Positions 19,708 through 29,885 of a stretch of DNA of 64,000 nt are shown here, piece by piece. The DNA is taken from contig CAWCGF010000003.1 of assembly GCA_963794955.1 (NCBI GenBank), positions 125,985-189,984 of the forward strand. Reading direction: 5' to 3'. The notes beneath the pieces were generated by a model that had not been told where the DNA came from, did no database searches, and saw only the letters and a list, made by a program, of their open reading frames with translations. How positions within the stretch are numbered: the first letter of the stretch is position 1; each line of letters starts with the position of its first letter. The position numbers were made by a program, and so were the translations under genes. Source of the DNA: an uncultured Acidobacteriota bacterium (GTDB lineage: Bacteria; Acidobacteriota; Blastocatellia; RBC074).

Positions 19708-21759
19708 TCATCGAAAGGACGCACGAACTGTATTGGCAATTTGTCCATCTACGCGCAGTTCCACGTCTACTTCGCCGCGCCCCGCCAGGCTGCGAGGCAC
19801 AAGAAGGTTGACTTGATCCAGCCCGACAAAATTGCCTTGCGATCCGGCAAAGACCACACGAGCCGGAACGCCGCCAATCGTGGCCGAGATGTTCGACAAA
19901 TCGCTGCGATAACGCACCCCGGTGGTATAAAGCATTAGATACACTTCATCCGTAGGTTGGCGGAGATCAATGGGAACCGCGACAATCTGCCCCTGGTTGA
20001 CCGTAGCGGCTTGCTCATAGGCCGACACACCATTGCGCACGCGTTGTACGACTGCGGCGGCGATGCCTTTGCCATTGGCAGTGGCTGAAAATGATCCTGG
20101 CATTACGCTGGTAATAATGACCGTGCCTTTCGCTACGACCGCGCCATTGTGGCTCACCAACACTTCGGCCAGGCCATTCGCGGTTCCAGCAGGAATTTGA
20201 TAATTGATCTGGGTGGGCGAAACGTAAAAGAGGGCTGAGAGGCGTTCTGCGCCCGCACTATCACGGACTTTTACGTTTGTGCCCGCCAGCGTGGTGGGTA
20301 AGGGGAGGGTTGTCGCGACTTGTGAGGCGGTCGAGAAGTTGGTGCCGAAGGCTGACACGATGGATTCACGCGCCACTTCAGCACCGCGATAGCTGGCCGC
20401 AGAAACCGTAGTGATGGGGTTAGGAGGACTTGCCAGAGAATTGACGAGGAGCGCGGCTGTGCCTGCTGCGAGGGTAACAGAATTTGTTGCTTGATAACTG
20501 ATCGTTCCGGTAGGAACACCATCGGCGGGCAGATAGCCTCCACCAGTGGCTTGTGCCAGGTAATAGGTTTTGCCCAGATTCATTGTGCGCGTCGTATTCG
20601 TTGGGTTCACGATGACCATTCCATTGCTGTACGAACGGCGATATAAGCCAGTCGCCGAATCGCGCCACCCGTCTACGTTTACCGGTAAACTATCCGTGGG
20701 CGAGCCAATCGGAATATCATATTCAGGGAACCATTCCGGCTCTTGACCAAGCTCCAAATTGACGAAGGTGCGCGTGCCTTTGACGAGCAGATAATTCGCT
20801 ATGTAAAAATTTCTCGCCGTTAAATCATTCGGACTGTCGAGGTAGCTTTGCGCAATGATGACTTTGTTCTGCCGCTCCAAATTCAGGATGCGATTCATCT
20901 GCAATTGCCAGTCAACCAGTTCAAGCAGTGTGTACTGATTCCATTTGGCAAAACCTTCGATCATTACGCCATCTGCTGGGCTGTAATCCGTCACATCACG
21001 GGTTGTCACCCAATGACCGGCATTTGGAATAATCAAATAGCGGCTGCCAAATTGTTGTTTGGTGGTGACCAGCCAGCGCCTGATTTTCTCTGACCACTGT
21101 TTTTCAAACGTCGCATCTACTGCCGGGAAGGCTGGATTGAACCGACCCAAATAATTTGGTACGGACAGCGAATCCATAAACACGCCATCGTCGTCATTCG
21201 CAGCGAGTTGGCGCGCCACTTCACCGAACCAATAACCGCGCCAGCCTGCATCATCGGTGTCCATCAAATAGGAACCCCAATCGCAGAAGAACACGCGATT
21301 CGATCCTGCATAATGATAAAACCAATTATTTTTTACGACCTGCTCGCCGGGATATTCCGGCACCCATTGATTGCCTTCGATCACGCTGATGATTTCGCCC
21401 ATCGGTTGGCAATTGCCCTGCGGGATGCGGTAGCCCAGCGCTTGCCCCAGACGATAATGAAGTATCAAAAAATTAGGATTGTAGGACCGGAATTTATCCG
21501 CATACGAGCGTAGGATTTTTTGCGTCCCGTCATAGTGCGTGGCCGCAAATTTCATCTGTTGCTCGGTCATCGCGCGGGCAATCAATTGATCATTCCAAAT
21601 GTGAATACCCTTCGTCGTATCCGGCACGGAACGCGGCGTAGACGATTGCGCAAACGTGGCGATGGGCATTGTCGTCAGGGAGTTAATCAGCAAAAACAAG
21701 CATAGATAGAATGAGCGACACGTAGACCGCTGCGGGAGAGAACAACGTTCGAAAATCAT
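19708..21759 (-). CDS. Secreted protein: putative TIM-barrel glycoside-hydrolase-like N-terminal domain fused to the same C-terminal (TIGR03437-like) domain
   Basis: The signal peptide starts at MIFERCSL. The ORF track extends to 21876. The C-terminal 230 aa are ~50% identical to the C-terminus of the 15709..19413 product. The family of the N-terminal domain is uncertain. Confidence 0.7.
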   Translation of the reverse strand: MIFERCSLPQRSTCRSFYLCLFLLINSLTTMPIATFAQSSTPRSVPDTTKGIHIWNDQLIARAMTEQQMKFAATHYDGTQKILRSYADKFRSYNPNFLILHYRLGQALGYRIPQGNCQPMGEIISVIEGNQWVPEYPGEQVVKNNWFYHYAGSNRVFFCDWGSYLMDTDDAGWRGYWFGEVARQLAANDDDGVFMDSLSVPNYLGRFNPAFPAVDATFEKQWSEKIRRWLVTTKQQFGSRYLIIPNAGHWVTTRDVTDYSPADGVMIEGFAKWNQYTLLELVDWQLQMNRILNLERQNKVIIAQSYLDSPNDLTARNFYIANYLLVKGTRTFVNLELGQEPEWFPEYDIPIGSPTDSLPVNVDGWRDSATGLYRRSYSNGMVIVNPTNTTRTMNLGKTYYLAQATGGGYLPADGVPTGTISYQATNSVTLAAGTAALLVNSLASPPNPITTVSAASYRGAEVARESIVSAFGTNFSTASQVATTLPLPTTLAGTNVKVRDSAGAERLSALFYVSPTQINYQIPAGTANGLAEVLVSHNGAVVAKGTVIITSVMPGSFSATANGKGIAAAVVQRVRNGVSAYEQAATVNQGQIVAVPIDLRQPTDEVYLMLYTTGVRYRSDLSNISATIGGVPARVVFAGSQGNFVGLDQVNLLVPRSLAGRGEVDVELRVDGQIANTVRASFR

Positions 21760-22611
21760 GAAACAAGACTCCTGGGATTTTGAGAGAAAACACAGAAGGC
21801 CTGCAGCGCCAATGTGAGGCGGGGGATGAGCCTTTACATGGGCAAGGAAGGTGAACGAGCAATGAGGCGAATCCACAAGTTCGCCTCACCGCTCAATCTG
21901 TAGCCATATCAAAGAGGAGGAAATTCGGCTGGGAAACGACTCCACACCAGTCCTGAAACTCTCTTCGGGGACCAATGGCCACAGTGGGGGATAAACCTTC
22001 AGTGCCAGTTACTTATTGTTGATGAGAGAGCGGTTCGACCTCGCATGCCAGAGGGGCTGGGAGGAGGCCGTTTGGTCGCCAAATGGTTGGGCCGTAATCT
22101 GAGCTGGTAGTAACGAAATAGACTGGGGGACAGTAAGAGTGTGAGAATCAACGTACTTTTCATAATTGGTTATCTTTCTGGAAAGCTCCATAGGTGTAGG
22201 TGAGAACCTTGCTTACACTTGCCAGTAGTAAATCCAGCAAATAAAACATACTAGAATTTCACTTTCCTGACTTGGCTCAATGAAAGCTGGGACCTGGTCG
22301 CAAAAGCCTAAACGAGGACTTTCGTTGAGCGCAAATGATTAAGCTTTCAGATCGGGTGTGAGAATGCAGGACATAGGGCTTACCCGGAAATGTTTGTTCG
22401 CAGTGTAGGATGTAAGTAAGCCTGGAAAGAACATCAAAACCCGATGTCGCTTGGGGATGACAGTAGTTGAGATTGCAACTAGGATGCCAAAAGTTGAATT
22501 GTTTTAAACCCACATAGTTACACAAGGCAGGATCAGGGCAGGGTGAAAAAAATACTCAGTTTTCTGGATTGCAATAGGAAAAATTTACCCGCTAAGGCAA
22601 CGGTTAGATCG

Positions 22612-23898
22612 CTATTTTGCTCGCCAAAGCAGACGGCCTGCCACGATGGTAGCACTTGGAGCGCCCGTTAATTCCCATGTATCGAACGGCGTGTTGCGGC
22701 TCTTGGATTGGAAGTTGGCCGCCGCAATTTTAGTTTGTTGGTTTGGCGCAAAAATTGTGAGGTCGGCAATGGCACCGATTTGCAATGTGCCGCGCTCTAA
22801 TTTGAAAATGCGCGCGGGGTTCGTGGCGAGCAATTCAATCATCCGCGTCAGCGAAATGACTTTGCGCTGCACCAAACGATCCAGTGTCAAACTCACGGCT
22901 GTTTCTAAGCCCACAATGCCATTGGCTGCTTGATCGAATTCGAGTGCCTTTTCGTTGGCGTGATGCGGCGCGTGATCGGTTGCAATGGCGTCAATCGTGC
23001 CGTCTGCCAAGCCTTCTAAACAAGCTTCGAGATCGGCTTGTGAGCGCAGCGGCGGCGCCATTTTGCAATTTGTGTCATAGCCGCGCTCATACACCGTAGC
23101 ATCGGTCAGGGTGAAATGATGCGGCGTAATTTCGCACGTCACGGGCAAGCCGCGCTGTTTGGCCTGGCGCACGAAATCCACCGACCGGGCAGTGGAAATA
23201 TGCGCAATGTGAATGCGCGCGCCCGTGATTTCAGCGAGTTGAATATCGCGCGAAACCTGCAAATCTTCCGCTGCGCCGCTCAAGCCTTTCAAACCGAGCC
23301 GCGCCGAATATACTCCTTCGTGCATTGCCCAACCCGGCGAGATGCAACAGTCTTCGCAGTGATCAATCACGGGCAAATCAAAGTCTTTGGCATATTCCAG
23401 CGCGCGCCGCATCATTTCCGCGCTGCAAACCGGCTTGCCGTCGTCGCTGATGCCGACAATGCCTGCCCGCTTCATTTCGCCGATTTCCGCGAGTTGCTCG
23501 CCTTTTGAGCCGTTGGTGATCGCGCCGATGGGAAAGACGTTGGCCAAATTCGCGGCTCTCGCTTTTTCCAGAATGAAGCTGGTGACCGCCGAATTGTCAT
23601 TGATTGGCTTCGTGTTCGGCATGCAGCAAACAGAAGTGAACCCCCCTGCTACCGCTGCACGCGCGCCCGTTTCAATCGTTTCCTTGTATTCCAACCCCGG
23701 CTCGCGCAAATGCACGTGCAGGTCAATAAAACCGGGCGCGACGATGAGGTCAGTTGCGTCAAAGACTTCGACGTCTTCGGTCTTGAGCGATGCGCTGATA
23801 GCTTCGATTTTGCCGTCACGAATGAGCAAGTCGCTTTTGGCTTCGAGCGCTTGCGAGGGGTCAATGATTGTGCCGTTGCGAATGAGTAATAAGGACAT
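22612..23898 (-). CDS. pyrC: Dihydroorotase
   Basis: The [10 protein letters not shown] metal-binding motif is present. The length and conservation fit the multimeric DHOase type. The start was chosen at MSLLLIRNG. Confidence 0.9.
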   Translation of the reverse strand: MSLLLIRNGTIIDPSQALEAKSDLLIRDGKIEAISASLKTEDVEVFDATDLIVAPGFIDLHVHLREPGLEYKETIETGARAAVAGGFTSVCCMPNTKPINDNSAVTSFILEKARAANLANVFPIGAITNGSKGEQLAEIGEMKRAGIVGISDDGKPVCSAEMMRRALEYAKDFDLPVIDHCEDCCISPGWAMHEGVYSARLGLKGLSGAAEDLQVSRDIQLAEITGARIHIAHISTARSVDFVRQAKQRGLPVTCEITPHHFTLTDATVYERGYDTNCKMAPPLRSQADLEACLEGLADGTIDAIATDHAPHHANEKALEFDQAANGIVGLETAVSLTLDRLVQRKVISLTRMIELLATNPARIFKLERGTLQIGAIADLTIFAPNQQTKIAAANFQSKSRNTPFDTWELTGAPSATIVAGRLLWRAK

Positions 23899-23920
23899 AA
23901 AATAACAATTAAGACTTTGC

Positions 23921-24280
23921 TCAAAACATCTCAATTCTGATGTGCGGCTCTATCCATATCCGAACGCCCATTGGAATTACTGACTCCCCGTCGTACCGAC
24001 TTCCGAATACTTTTGCCGCGGCAAACTCAAGGTAATCAGGATTGTTAATATTTTTCACGCGTCTAGCTCCAGGACAATTCGTGACTCGCGCTTTAAAAAC
24101 GGAAGCTTCAATGCCGTTGCGATAAAGGTCAACGTATAAATCACCAGCGTCTTGGAAGATTGTGATTTCCAACCGAAGATCATCTTTCTCAATTGTGAAC
24201 GAGTGAGAGGTTTCGTACTCTTCGACTTCTGGAAGCACCCCTAGACACTCAATAAACTCGTACTGATCCCAAACTAGCAC
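23921..24280 (-). CDS. Hypothetical protein (119 aa) inserted between pyrB and pyrC, lower GC than its neighbours
   Basis: The intact ORF is co-oriented in the pyr operon. A hand count on part of it gives ~45-49% GC, below that of the flanking genes. No domain was recognised. Confidence 0.5.
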   Translation of the reverse strand: MLVWDQYEFIECLGVLPEVEEYETSHSFTIEKDDLRLEITIFQDAGDLYVDLYRNGIEASVFKARVTNCPGARRVKNINNPDYLEFAAAKVFGSRYDGESVIPMGVRIWIEPHIRIEMF

Positions 24281-24335
24281 AGTTACTATCCTCTCAGCTT
24301 AATTGCTGCCTCAGGCCTTCCCTTACCTACAAAAC

Positions 24336-25289
24336 TTATTCTCCTCCAGCCAGCAAATACAACACTGCCATGCGCACAGCAACGCCGTTGGCCACTTGAT
24401 TGAGGATTACAGAATACGGCCCATCCACGACATCCGATTCGATTTCGACGCCGCGATTGATGGGGCCGGGATGCAAGACGATGGCGTCCGGCTTGGCTAA
24501 TGACAGCCGCTTCAAGTTCAAGCCGTAATGAATCGAATATTCTTTGAGGCTGGGAAAGAAGCCGCCTGCCTGACGTTCCAGTTGAATGCGCAGCATCATC
24601 ACGACATCGGCATCGGCAATCGCTTCGTTGACGTTGGGCGCGAATTGCACAGAGCCTTCGGTGTCGGCAAATTGTTTCTCAAAGCCGTGCGGCAAGAGCG
24701 TGTTCGGCCCGGCGAAATAAACGTGCGCGCCGAGTTTGCTAAGCAAGTAGGCATTGGAGCGTGCGACGCGGCTGTGCAGCACATCGCCGACGATGGCAAC
24801 CTTCAATTCTGCAAGCTTGCTTTTGTTGTGGCGAATCGTGAGTGCGTCGAGCAAGGCTTGGGTTGGATGTTCGTGCGCGCCATCACCAGCATTGATGACA
24901 GCGGATTGCACATATTTCGCAATTTGATGCGGCGCGCCGGAAGACGAATGGCGAATGACAATCGCGTCAGGTGCCATGGCTTCCAGGTTCTGTGCCGTAT
25001 CAATCAGCGTTTCGCCTTTGACCACGCTGGAGGTCGAAGCGGAAATGTTAATGGTGTCGGCAGACAACCGTTTGCCCGCGATTTCAAAGCTCGTGCGGGT
25101 GCGCGTCGAAGCCTCATAGAATAAGTTGATGATGGTCTTGCCGCGGAGCGTAGGCACCTTTTTGATGCGGCGCTGATTGATGTCCCGAAAGGTTTCGGCG
25201 GTGTCGAGGATTAAGTTGATTTCTTCGACTGAAAGTTCTTCGATTCCGAGGAGGTCTTTTCTTGTAAGAGGCATTTGGTCATTGGTCAT
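24336..25289 (-). CDS. pyrB: Aspartate carbamoyltransferase catalytic subunit
   Basis: The STRTR carbamoyl-phosphate binding motif, HPTQ and the HPGP/LP motifs are present. The likely true start is the second Met (MPLTRKDLL). Confidence 0.9.
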   Translation of the reverse strand: MTNDQMPLTRKDLLGIEELSVEEINLILDTAETFRDINQRRIKKVPTLRGKTIINLFYEASTRTRTSFEIAGKRLSADTINISASTSSVVKGETLIDTAQNLEAMAPDAIVIRHSSSGAPHQIAKYVQSAVINAGDGAHEHPTQALLDALTIRHNKSKLAELKVAIVGDVLHSRVARSNAYLLSKLGAHVYFAGPNTLLPHGFEKQFADTEGSVQFAPNVNEAIADADVVMMLRIQLERQAGGFFPSLKEYSIHYGLNLKRLSLAKPDAIVLHPGPINRGVEIESDVVDGPYSVILNQVANGVAVRMAVLYLLAGGE

Positions 25290-25312
25290 TGGTCATTGGT
25301 CATTGGTCATTT
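25276..25312. repeat. Heptamer microsatellite (TTGGTCA)x5 overlapping the pyrB start region
   Basis: The array reads ggtcattggtcattggtcattggtcattggtcat. On the coding strand this is ATGACCA x5, so each unit carries an ATG. Confidence 0.7.
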
Positions 25313-25388
25313 ATTTTTTCCCCTAAGAGGTTGCATCAACCTGAAAGCTTGTGTCCCAAACAAATGACAAGTGACAAGTAACCAATAA

Positions 25389-25934
25389 CTATTTGGTTTC
25401 CACCACGACGACTTTTTCATCGTCATCAAATTCCGGCAACATGACTTTGATGATCTCGTGTTCCGTCGTGTAGACATACTTGCCGATATAATCTGCCTGA
25501 ATCGGCAATTCGCGCCAACCGCGATCAACCAGCACAGCCAGTTGCACGCGATGCGGACGGCCAAAATCAATCAACTCATCCAAAGCCGCGCGCACGGTGC
25601 GGCCCGTGTAGAGCACATCGTCCACCAGGATAATCGTCTTGCCTGTGATGTTGGCGGGTAGTTGCGTGCTGTTGACGACGGGTTGTTCGGCGACCGTACT
25701 AAGATCATCACGATAGAGCGTGATGTCGAGCGTGCCGGTAGCGACTTCGACCTCATCCATCTCTCTGATTTTGGCGGCCAATTTTTCCGCCAACGGAACG
25801 CCGCGCCGATGAATCCCGACGAGCAATACGACCGATAAATCAGGGTTGTTTTCGACGATTTGCGAGGCCATCCGCGCCATCACGCGGTTCATATCGGCGG
25901 CGGTCATTACGACGGCTTTTTCTTTGAAGTCCAT
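25389..25934 (-). CDS. pyrR: Bifunctional pyrimidine operon regulator / uracil phosphoribosyltransferase PyrR
   Basis: The PRTase motif [13 protein letters not shown] is present. The length is 181 aa and the gene sits upstream of pyrB. Confidence 0.9.
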   Translation of the reverse strand: MDFKEKAVVMTAADMNRVMARMASQIVENNPDLSVVLLVGIHRRGVPLAEKLAAKIREMDEVEVATGTLDITLYRDDLSTVAEQPVVNSTQLPANITGKTIILVDDVLYTGRTVRAALDELIDFGRPHRVQLAVLVDRGWRELPIQADYIGKYVYTTEHEIIKVMLPEFDDDEKVVVVETK

Positions 25935-25943
25935 GGGTTCGCC

Positions 25944-26222
25944 TCAAAAATGTTTGGAAGGAAGCACGATGTCCTTCTGGTCCCCCCGAAAATGTTCCGA
26001 GTGCAATAATGCTTCTTCAACCTCGCCCAGGCTGGGCAGGACAGTTGTTAACGAGCCACAATTACTCAACGTATCCATCACGACAATTTCAATGCACACG
26101 TCAACACATTGATTGCAAATATACACTTGCGGGCCAGCGATGAGTTTCTCCACCTCATGCTTGTCTTTGCCGCAAAAGCTACAGCGCAAGGAGCCAGCGA
26201 GCGTGTCTTTATAGTATCCCAT
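25944..26222 (-). CDS. Stand-alone ClpX-type C4 zinc-ribbon (ClpX ZBD-like) protein, 92 aa
   Basis: [35 protein letters not shown] matches the ClpX N-terminal zinc-binding domain (CSFCGK...L.AG..V.IC..CV..C). No AAA+ module follows. Confidence 0.6.
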   Translation of the reverse strand: MGYYKDTLAGSLRCSFCGKDKHEVEKLIAGPQVYICNQCVDVCIEIVVMDTLSNCGSLTTVLPSLGEVEEALLHSEHFRGDQKDIVLPSKHF

Positions 26223-26294
26223 CTCCAATGACCTCCGGTTTTCAACTACCACTGATTGCTTCTTTAATGTGTGTGGCAGGCAATATAACACTGC

Positions 26295-26726
26295 TCACAA
26301 TCGTTTCGCCAGTTCCGCCTGGAAGCGCAGAATCCGGCGCGCATTTGTCCCAAAATCGCCTTTACCGACACGGGAGCTCGAATGCACATACACGGTGCAA
26401 TTCTCGCCGATGCCAGGTTTGATCGTAATCGTCACGTCATCCTTGAAGCGAAAGATCCGCGTCGTAGCGACCACCTCGATCTCGCCTGCCTCCCGATCTT
26501 CGCGCGTAATTTCCCAGCCAAACTCTTGCACCGTTGCCAATGTCGCATCGAACGCACGGTAGGCTGGCACCATGAAATGTTGCGGTTGCAACTCAGGATA
26601 TTCTGGCGTCTCGCCCGTTTTGACATCATTAGTGCGCGGCCAGAGCAGGCTGGAAATCAACACGCCGCCCAGCAGCACTGCGAACAGTAGCCCACCCGTG
26701 AGAAGTATTTTCCTGGCGTTTCGCAT
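26295..26726 (-). CDS. DUF1499 family membrane-anchored protein
   Basis: An N-terminal TM helix is followed by a conserved DUF1499-like region (FDATLATVQEFGWEI...VVATTRIFRFKDDVTI). Confidence 0.55.
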   Translation of the reverse strand: MRNARKILLTGGLLFAVLLGGVLISSLLWPRTNDVKTGETPEYPELQPQHFMVPAYRAFDATLATVQEFGWEITREDREAGEIEVVATTRIFRFKDDVTITIKPGIGENCTVYVHSSSRVGKGDFGTNARRILRFQAELAKRL

Positions 26727-27080
26727 GAAGAATTCGCATCTGCAACTAAGGTTGATGTGAAAGAGCCATCAAGATACACAATGCCGTGCTGATTGTAAAA
26801 GCTTCTCACCCTGCACGTAGTGGCAATTTGGGTGGGATGATTGAAAACTTACGAGCAATCCCGTTATCTTCAATGAGATCATGGTTGTTGGTTCTTTGGC
26901 TGCGAGTCATTATCTGTTGGCAGTGGCCTCGTACTGGCAATGGGCTTAGGCGTATTACACGTCGCTGGGCAGGCAGAAAGTATGCGCGTATCTATGCGCC
27001 CGCCATTCTTGTCTGATCTTCAAAGCGTCTGTTACACTGCCGGTTGCAACCCTAACCCATAAACTTCGGAGTCCAAGATA

Positions 27081-27944
27081 TTGTCCAAAGAAAGTCTGTC
27101 CAGAGAAAAGGTTATTGATGCGATTGCTATAGTTGAGTGCAACGACTTGTTCGCCTCGATACCTCAAGATCAAGGCCGAAGCCGCCACTATGGCTTTTTG
27201 CGACTGCGCCTTGACCAACCGCAAACGATCCTGCCCGGTCAATTTGCGATGCTGAAAAAGCGCGGCATTTACGAACCGCTGCTGCGCCGCGCGATGGCGT
27301 ATTATCGCGTCGAGTTGCACCGTGACAGCGTCAGCGTCGAATTCATTTATCAGATTCTGGGACGCGGCACCGATGCGCTTTCGACAATGCGTGTAGGCGA
27401 TGAAGTGGACTACCTCGGCGCGCTCGGCAACACCTACGACATCGCTGCGGCACAAGGCAAGGAAGCCTTGTTGGTCGTAGGCGGCGTCGGTTCGGCGGCA
27501 GTGTTTATGCTGGCAGAAGAATTACGAAAAGAAAAAATCCCAACGCGGGTGTTCATTGGCGGTGCAAGCCGTGGCGATTTGCTGGGGCTGGACGATTTTG
27601 TGGAATTGCTGGGCAAAGAAAATATCTTCAGCGCCACGGTTGACGGCAGCGAAGGCGAAGCCGGTTTCGTGACGGCCCCACTCGAACGGCATTTGAAAGC
27701 GAATGCAGGCAAGTCAATGTTAATTTATTCCTGTGGCCCGGATGTGATGTTGCATCGCGTGGCGATGATTGCGGAAGCGCAGCATGTTCCCGCGCAACTT
27801 TCGCTTGAAGCGCCGATGGCTTGCGGCATTGGGATATGTGTGGGCTGTGCCGTTGCGGTCAAAGCCGATGTGCCGGAAGGCTTCATTTACAAAAAAGTCT
27901 GCACCGATGGCCCAATATTTTGGGGGCAGCATTTACACTGGTGA
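27081..27944 (+). CDS. pyrK: Dihydroorotate dehydrogenase electron-transfer subunit
   Basis: An FAD/NAD-binding ferredoxin-reductase fold is followed by a C-terminal 2Fe-2S cluster motif ([11 protein letters not shown]). Confidence 0.85.
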   Translation: MSKESLSREKVIDAIAIVECNDLFASIPQDQGRSRHYGFLRLRLDQPQTILPGQFAMLKKRGIYEPLLRRAMAYYRVELHRDSVSVEFIYQILGRGTDALSTMRVGDEVDYLGALGNTYDIAAAQGKEALLVVGGVGSAAVFMLAEELRKEKIPTRVFIGGASRGDLLGLDDFVELLGKENIFSATVDGSEGEAGFVTAPLERHLKANAGKSMLIYSCGPDVMLHRVAMIAEAQHVPAQLSLEAPMACGIGICVGCAVAVKADVPEGFIYKKVCTDGPIFWGQHLHW

Positions 27945-27947
27945 TTT

Positions 27948-28967
27948 ATGCGACGAAGGGAGTTTATTCAATCAACCGCGTTTTCGTTGGGCGGAGTAGC
28001 AGCGGCTTTCAGCTTCTCGCCAAAGCCGCAACCCGTCGTTATGACGGTGCGCGGGCCGATCAATCCCAATCGGCTCGGCACAACGCTGATGCACGAACAT
28101 GTGATGGTTGATTTTGTTGGCGCGGATAAAGCCAGCAAAGAACGTTACAACAGCGCCGAAGTTTTCAGCGTCGCGCTGCCTTACTTGAAGAAGGTTGCTG
28201 CCCTTGGTTGCCAGACTTTGGTTGAATGCACTCCGTCGTACATCGGCAAAGATGCTACGCTGCTGAAAAAACTATCTGAAGCGGTTGGCCTCAACATCAT
28301 CACTAATACGGGCTATTACGGTGCAGCGAATGACAAGTTTGTTCCCGCCCACGCCTACCAGGAAACCGCAGAACAACTGGCCGCCCGTTGGAGCAGGGAA
28401 TTTGAGCAGGGCATTGAAGATACGGGCATCAAACCAGGCATTATCAAAATAGGAGTTGATGCCGGACCGTTGTCGGAGATTGATGCCAAGCTGGTCAAAG
28501 CCGCAGCCCTGACACATTTACAAACCGGGCTGACAATCGGTTCGCATACGGGCAACGGTGTTGCCGCGCTTCAGCAATTAGACTTGCTCGAAAGCCTTGG
28601 GATCAGCCCCCGTGCGTTTATCTGGATTCACGCCCAGAATGAAAAGGATCAAACAGTTCATCGGCGCGCCGCAGAACGCGGGTGCTGGGTGGAATTCGAT
28701 GGCATCAATCCCAAAAGCGCGGCGCAACACGCCGAGTTCGTAATGAATCTGTCGACGCACGGCTATTTATCGCGCGTGTTGGTTTCAATGGATGCCGGCT
28801 GGTATCACGTGGGCGAACCGCAAGGCGGCAATTATCGCAGTTACGAAAGTTTATTCACAGACTTTTTACCGATCCTCAGAAAGCACTTAAGCACCCGCCA
28901 GATCAATCAATTGCTGAAGGAAAATCCACCAAAGGCCCTGAGCTTGGAGATCAAACGCGCAAAATGA
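27948..28967 (+). CDS. Phosphotriesterase-family (PTE/Php, phosphotriesterase-like lactonase-type) protein with a Tat signal peptide
   Basis: The twin-arginine motif is [23 protein letters not shown]. The metal-binding motifs are [12 protein letters not shown] and WIHAQNEKD. The gene starts 3 nt after the pyrK stop, and its stop overlaps the pyrD start (ATGA). Confidence 0.8.
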   Translation: MRRREFIQSTAFSLGGVAAAFSFSPKPQPVVMTVRGPINPNRLGTTLMHEHVMVDFVGADKASKERYNSAEVFSVALPYLKKVAALGCQTLVECTPSYIGKDATLLKKLSEAVGLNIITNTGYYGAANDKFVPAHAYQETAEQLAARWSREFEQGIEDTGIKPGIIKIGVDAGPLSEIDAKLVKAAALTHLQTGLTIGSHTGNGVAALQQLDLLESLGISPRAFIWIHAQNEKDQTVHRRAAERGCWVEFDGINPKSAAQHAEFVMNLSTHGYLSRVLVSMDAGWYHVGEPQGGNYRSYESLFTDFLPILRKHLSTRQINQLLKENPPKALSLEIKRAK

Positions 28968-29884
28968 TGACTAACGCACTGTTAACAACTGAAATCGCAG
29001 GCGTGACCTTCCCGAATCCCGTTGGCACGGCCAGCGGTACGTGTGGGTATGGCCTGGACTTAAAAGAGTTGATTGATCTCAACAAGCTCGGCGCTGTATT
29101 TACGAAAGGTTTGTCCGCACAGCCAATGCGTGGCAACGCGCCGTGGCGCATCGTCGAAACGCACGGCGGCATGCTCAATGCCATCGGCTTGCAGAACATC
29201 GGCGCGAAAACGTTTGTCGAAGAGAAACTGCCGGAACTGCGGCAATACGCGACACGCATCATTCCCAATGTGTTCGGCTATTCGATTGACGAATACAGCG
29301 AGGCGATTCGCATTTTGGAAGACGGCGACGGTATTCACGCATACGAACTGAACATCTCCTGCCCGAATGTCAAAGAAGGCGGCAAATCGTTTGCAAATGA
29401 TGCTTGCCAGGCGGCGGAAGTGACGGCGGCGGTCAAGAAAGCTTCGTCGCGCCCGGTGATCGTCAAGCTGTCGCCCAACGTGACAGACATCGCCGAAATC
29501 GCGCGGGCAGTGGAAGATGCCGGAGCCGATGCGCTCTCGCTCATCAACACGGCGGTTGGGATGTCCATTGATATTCATACCCGCAAGCCGCGTATTGCGA
29601 ATGTAACGGGCGGCTTGTCCGGCCCCGCGATCAAACCGATTGCCGTGCGTTGTGTCTTTCAAGCCTATCGCGCGGTGAAGATACCGCTTATTGGCATTGG
29701 CGGCATTGCGACAACTGAAGACGCCTTGGAGTTCATCATAGCGGGCGCGCGATTGGTGCAAGTCGGCACGGCGAATTTTTATGATCCAAGTGCTTCGATG
29801 AAAATAATTGACGGTTTGGCCGAATATTGCCGACAACATAAACGACAAAACATCGGCGAACTGGTCGGCACGGTAGAGATATAA
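28964..29884 (+). CDS. pyrD: Dihydroorotate dehydrogenase catalytic subunit (class 1B)
   Basis: The motifs [24 protein letters not shown] and GIGGI are present. The start at MMTNALL overlaps the PTE stop. The 400-aa ORF in the track is an N-terminal over-extension. Confidence 0.9.
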   Translation: MMTNALLTTEIAGVTFPNPVGTASGTCGYGLDLKELIDLNKLGAVFTKGLSAQPMRGNAPWRIVETHGGMLNAIGLQNIGAKTFVEEKLPELRQYATRIIPNVFGYSIDEYSEAIRILEDGDGIHAYELNISCPNVKEGGKSFANDACQAAEVTAAVKKASSRPVIVKLSPNVTDIAEIARAVEDAGADALSLINTAVGMSIDIHTRKPRIANVTGGLSGPAIKPIAVRCVFQAYRAVKIPLIGIGGIATTEDALEFIIAGARLVQVGTANFYDPSASMKIIDGLAEYCRQHKRQNIGELVGTVEI

Positions 29885-29885
29885 A

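Noticed and set aside
22020-22060. tmRNA-like 5' segment (GGTTCGACCTCGCATGCCAGAGGGG)
   Set aside because: There is no GGGG acceptor start at the expected distance. There is no tag-peptide reading frame ending ...LAA. There is no tRNA-like T-arm or CCA end on either strand. The similarity is local only.
25290-25388. PyrR-binding attenuator (UCCAGAGAGGCU-type loop) in the pyrR-pyrB intergenic region
   Set aside because: Only a short GGTTG-atg-CAACC stem and a CCUCUUAGGGG stretch are present. There is no match to the PyrR binding-loop consensus and no convincing terminator or antiterminator pair.
28682-28963. N-terminal 94-aa extension of pyrD given by the ORF track (ORF 28682..29884)
   Set aside because: The extension overlaps the well-supported phosphotriesterase-like gene in another frame. 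pyrD homology begins at MMTNALL (28964), where an ATGA stop/start overlap is found.
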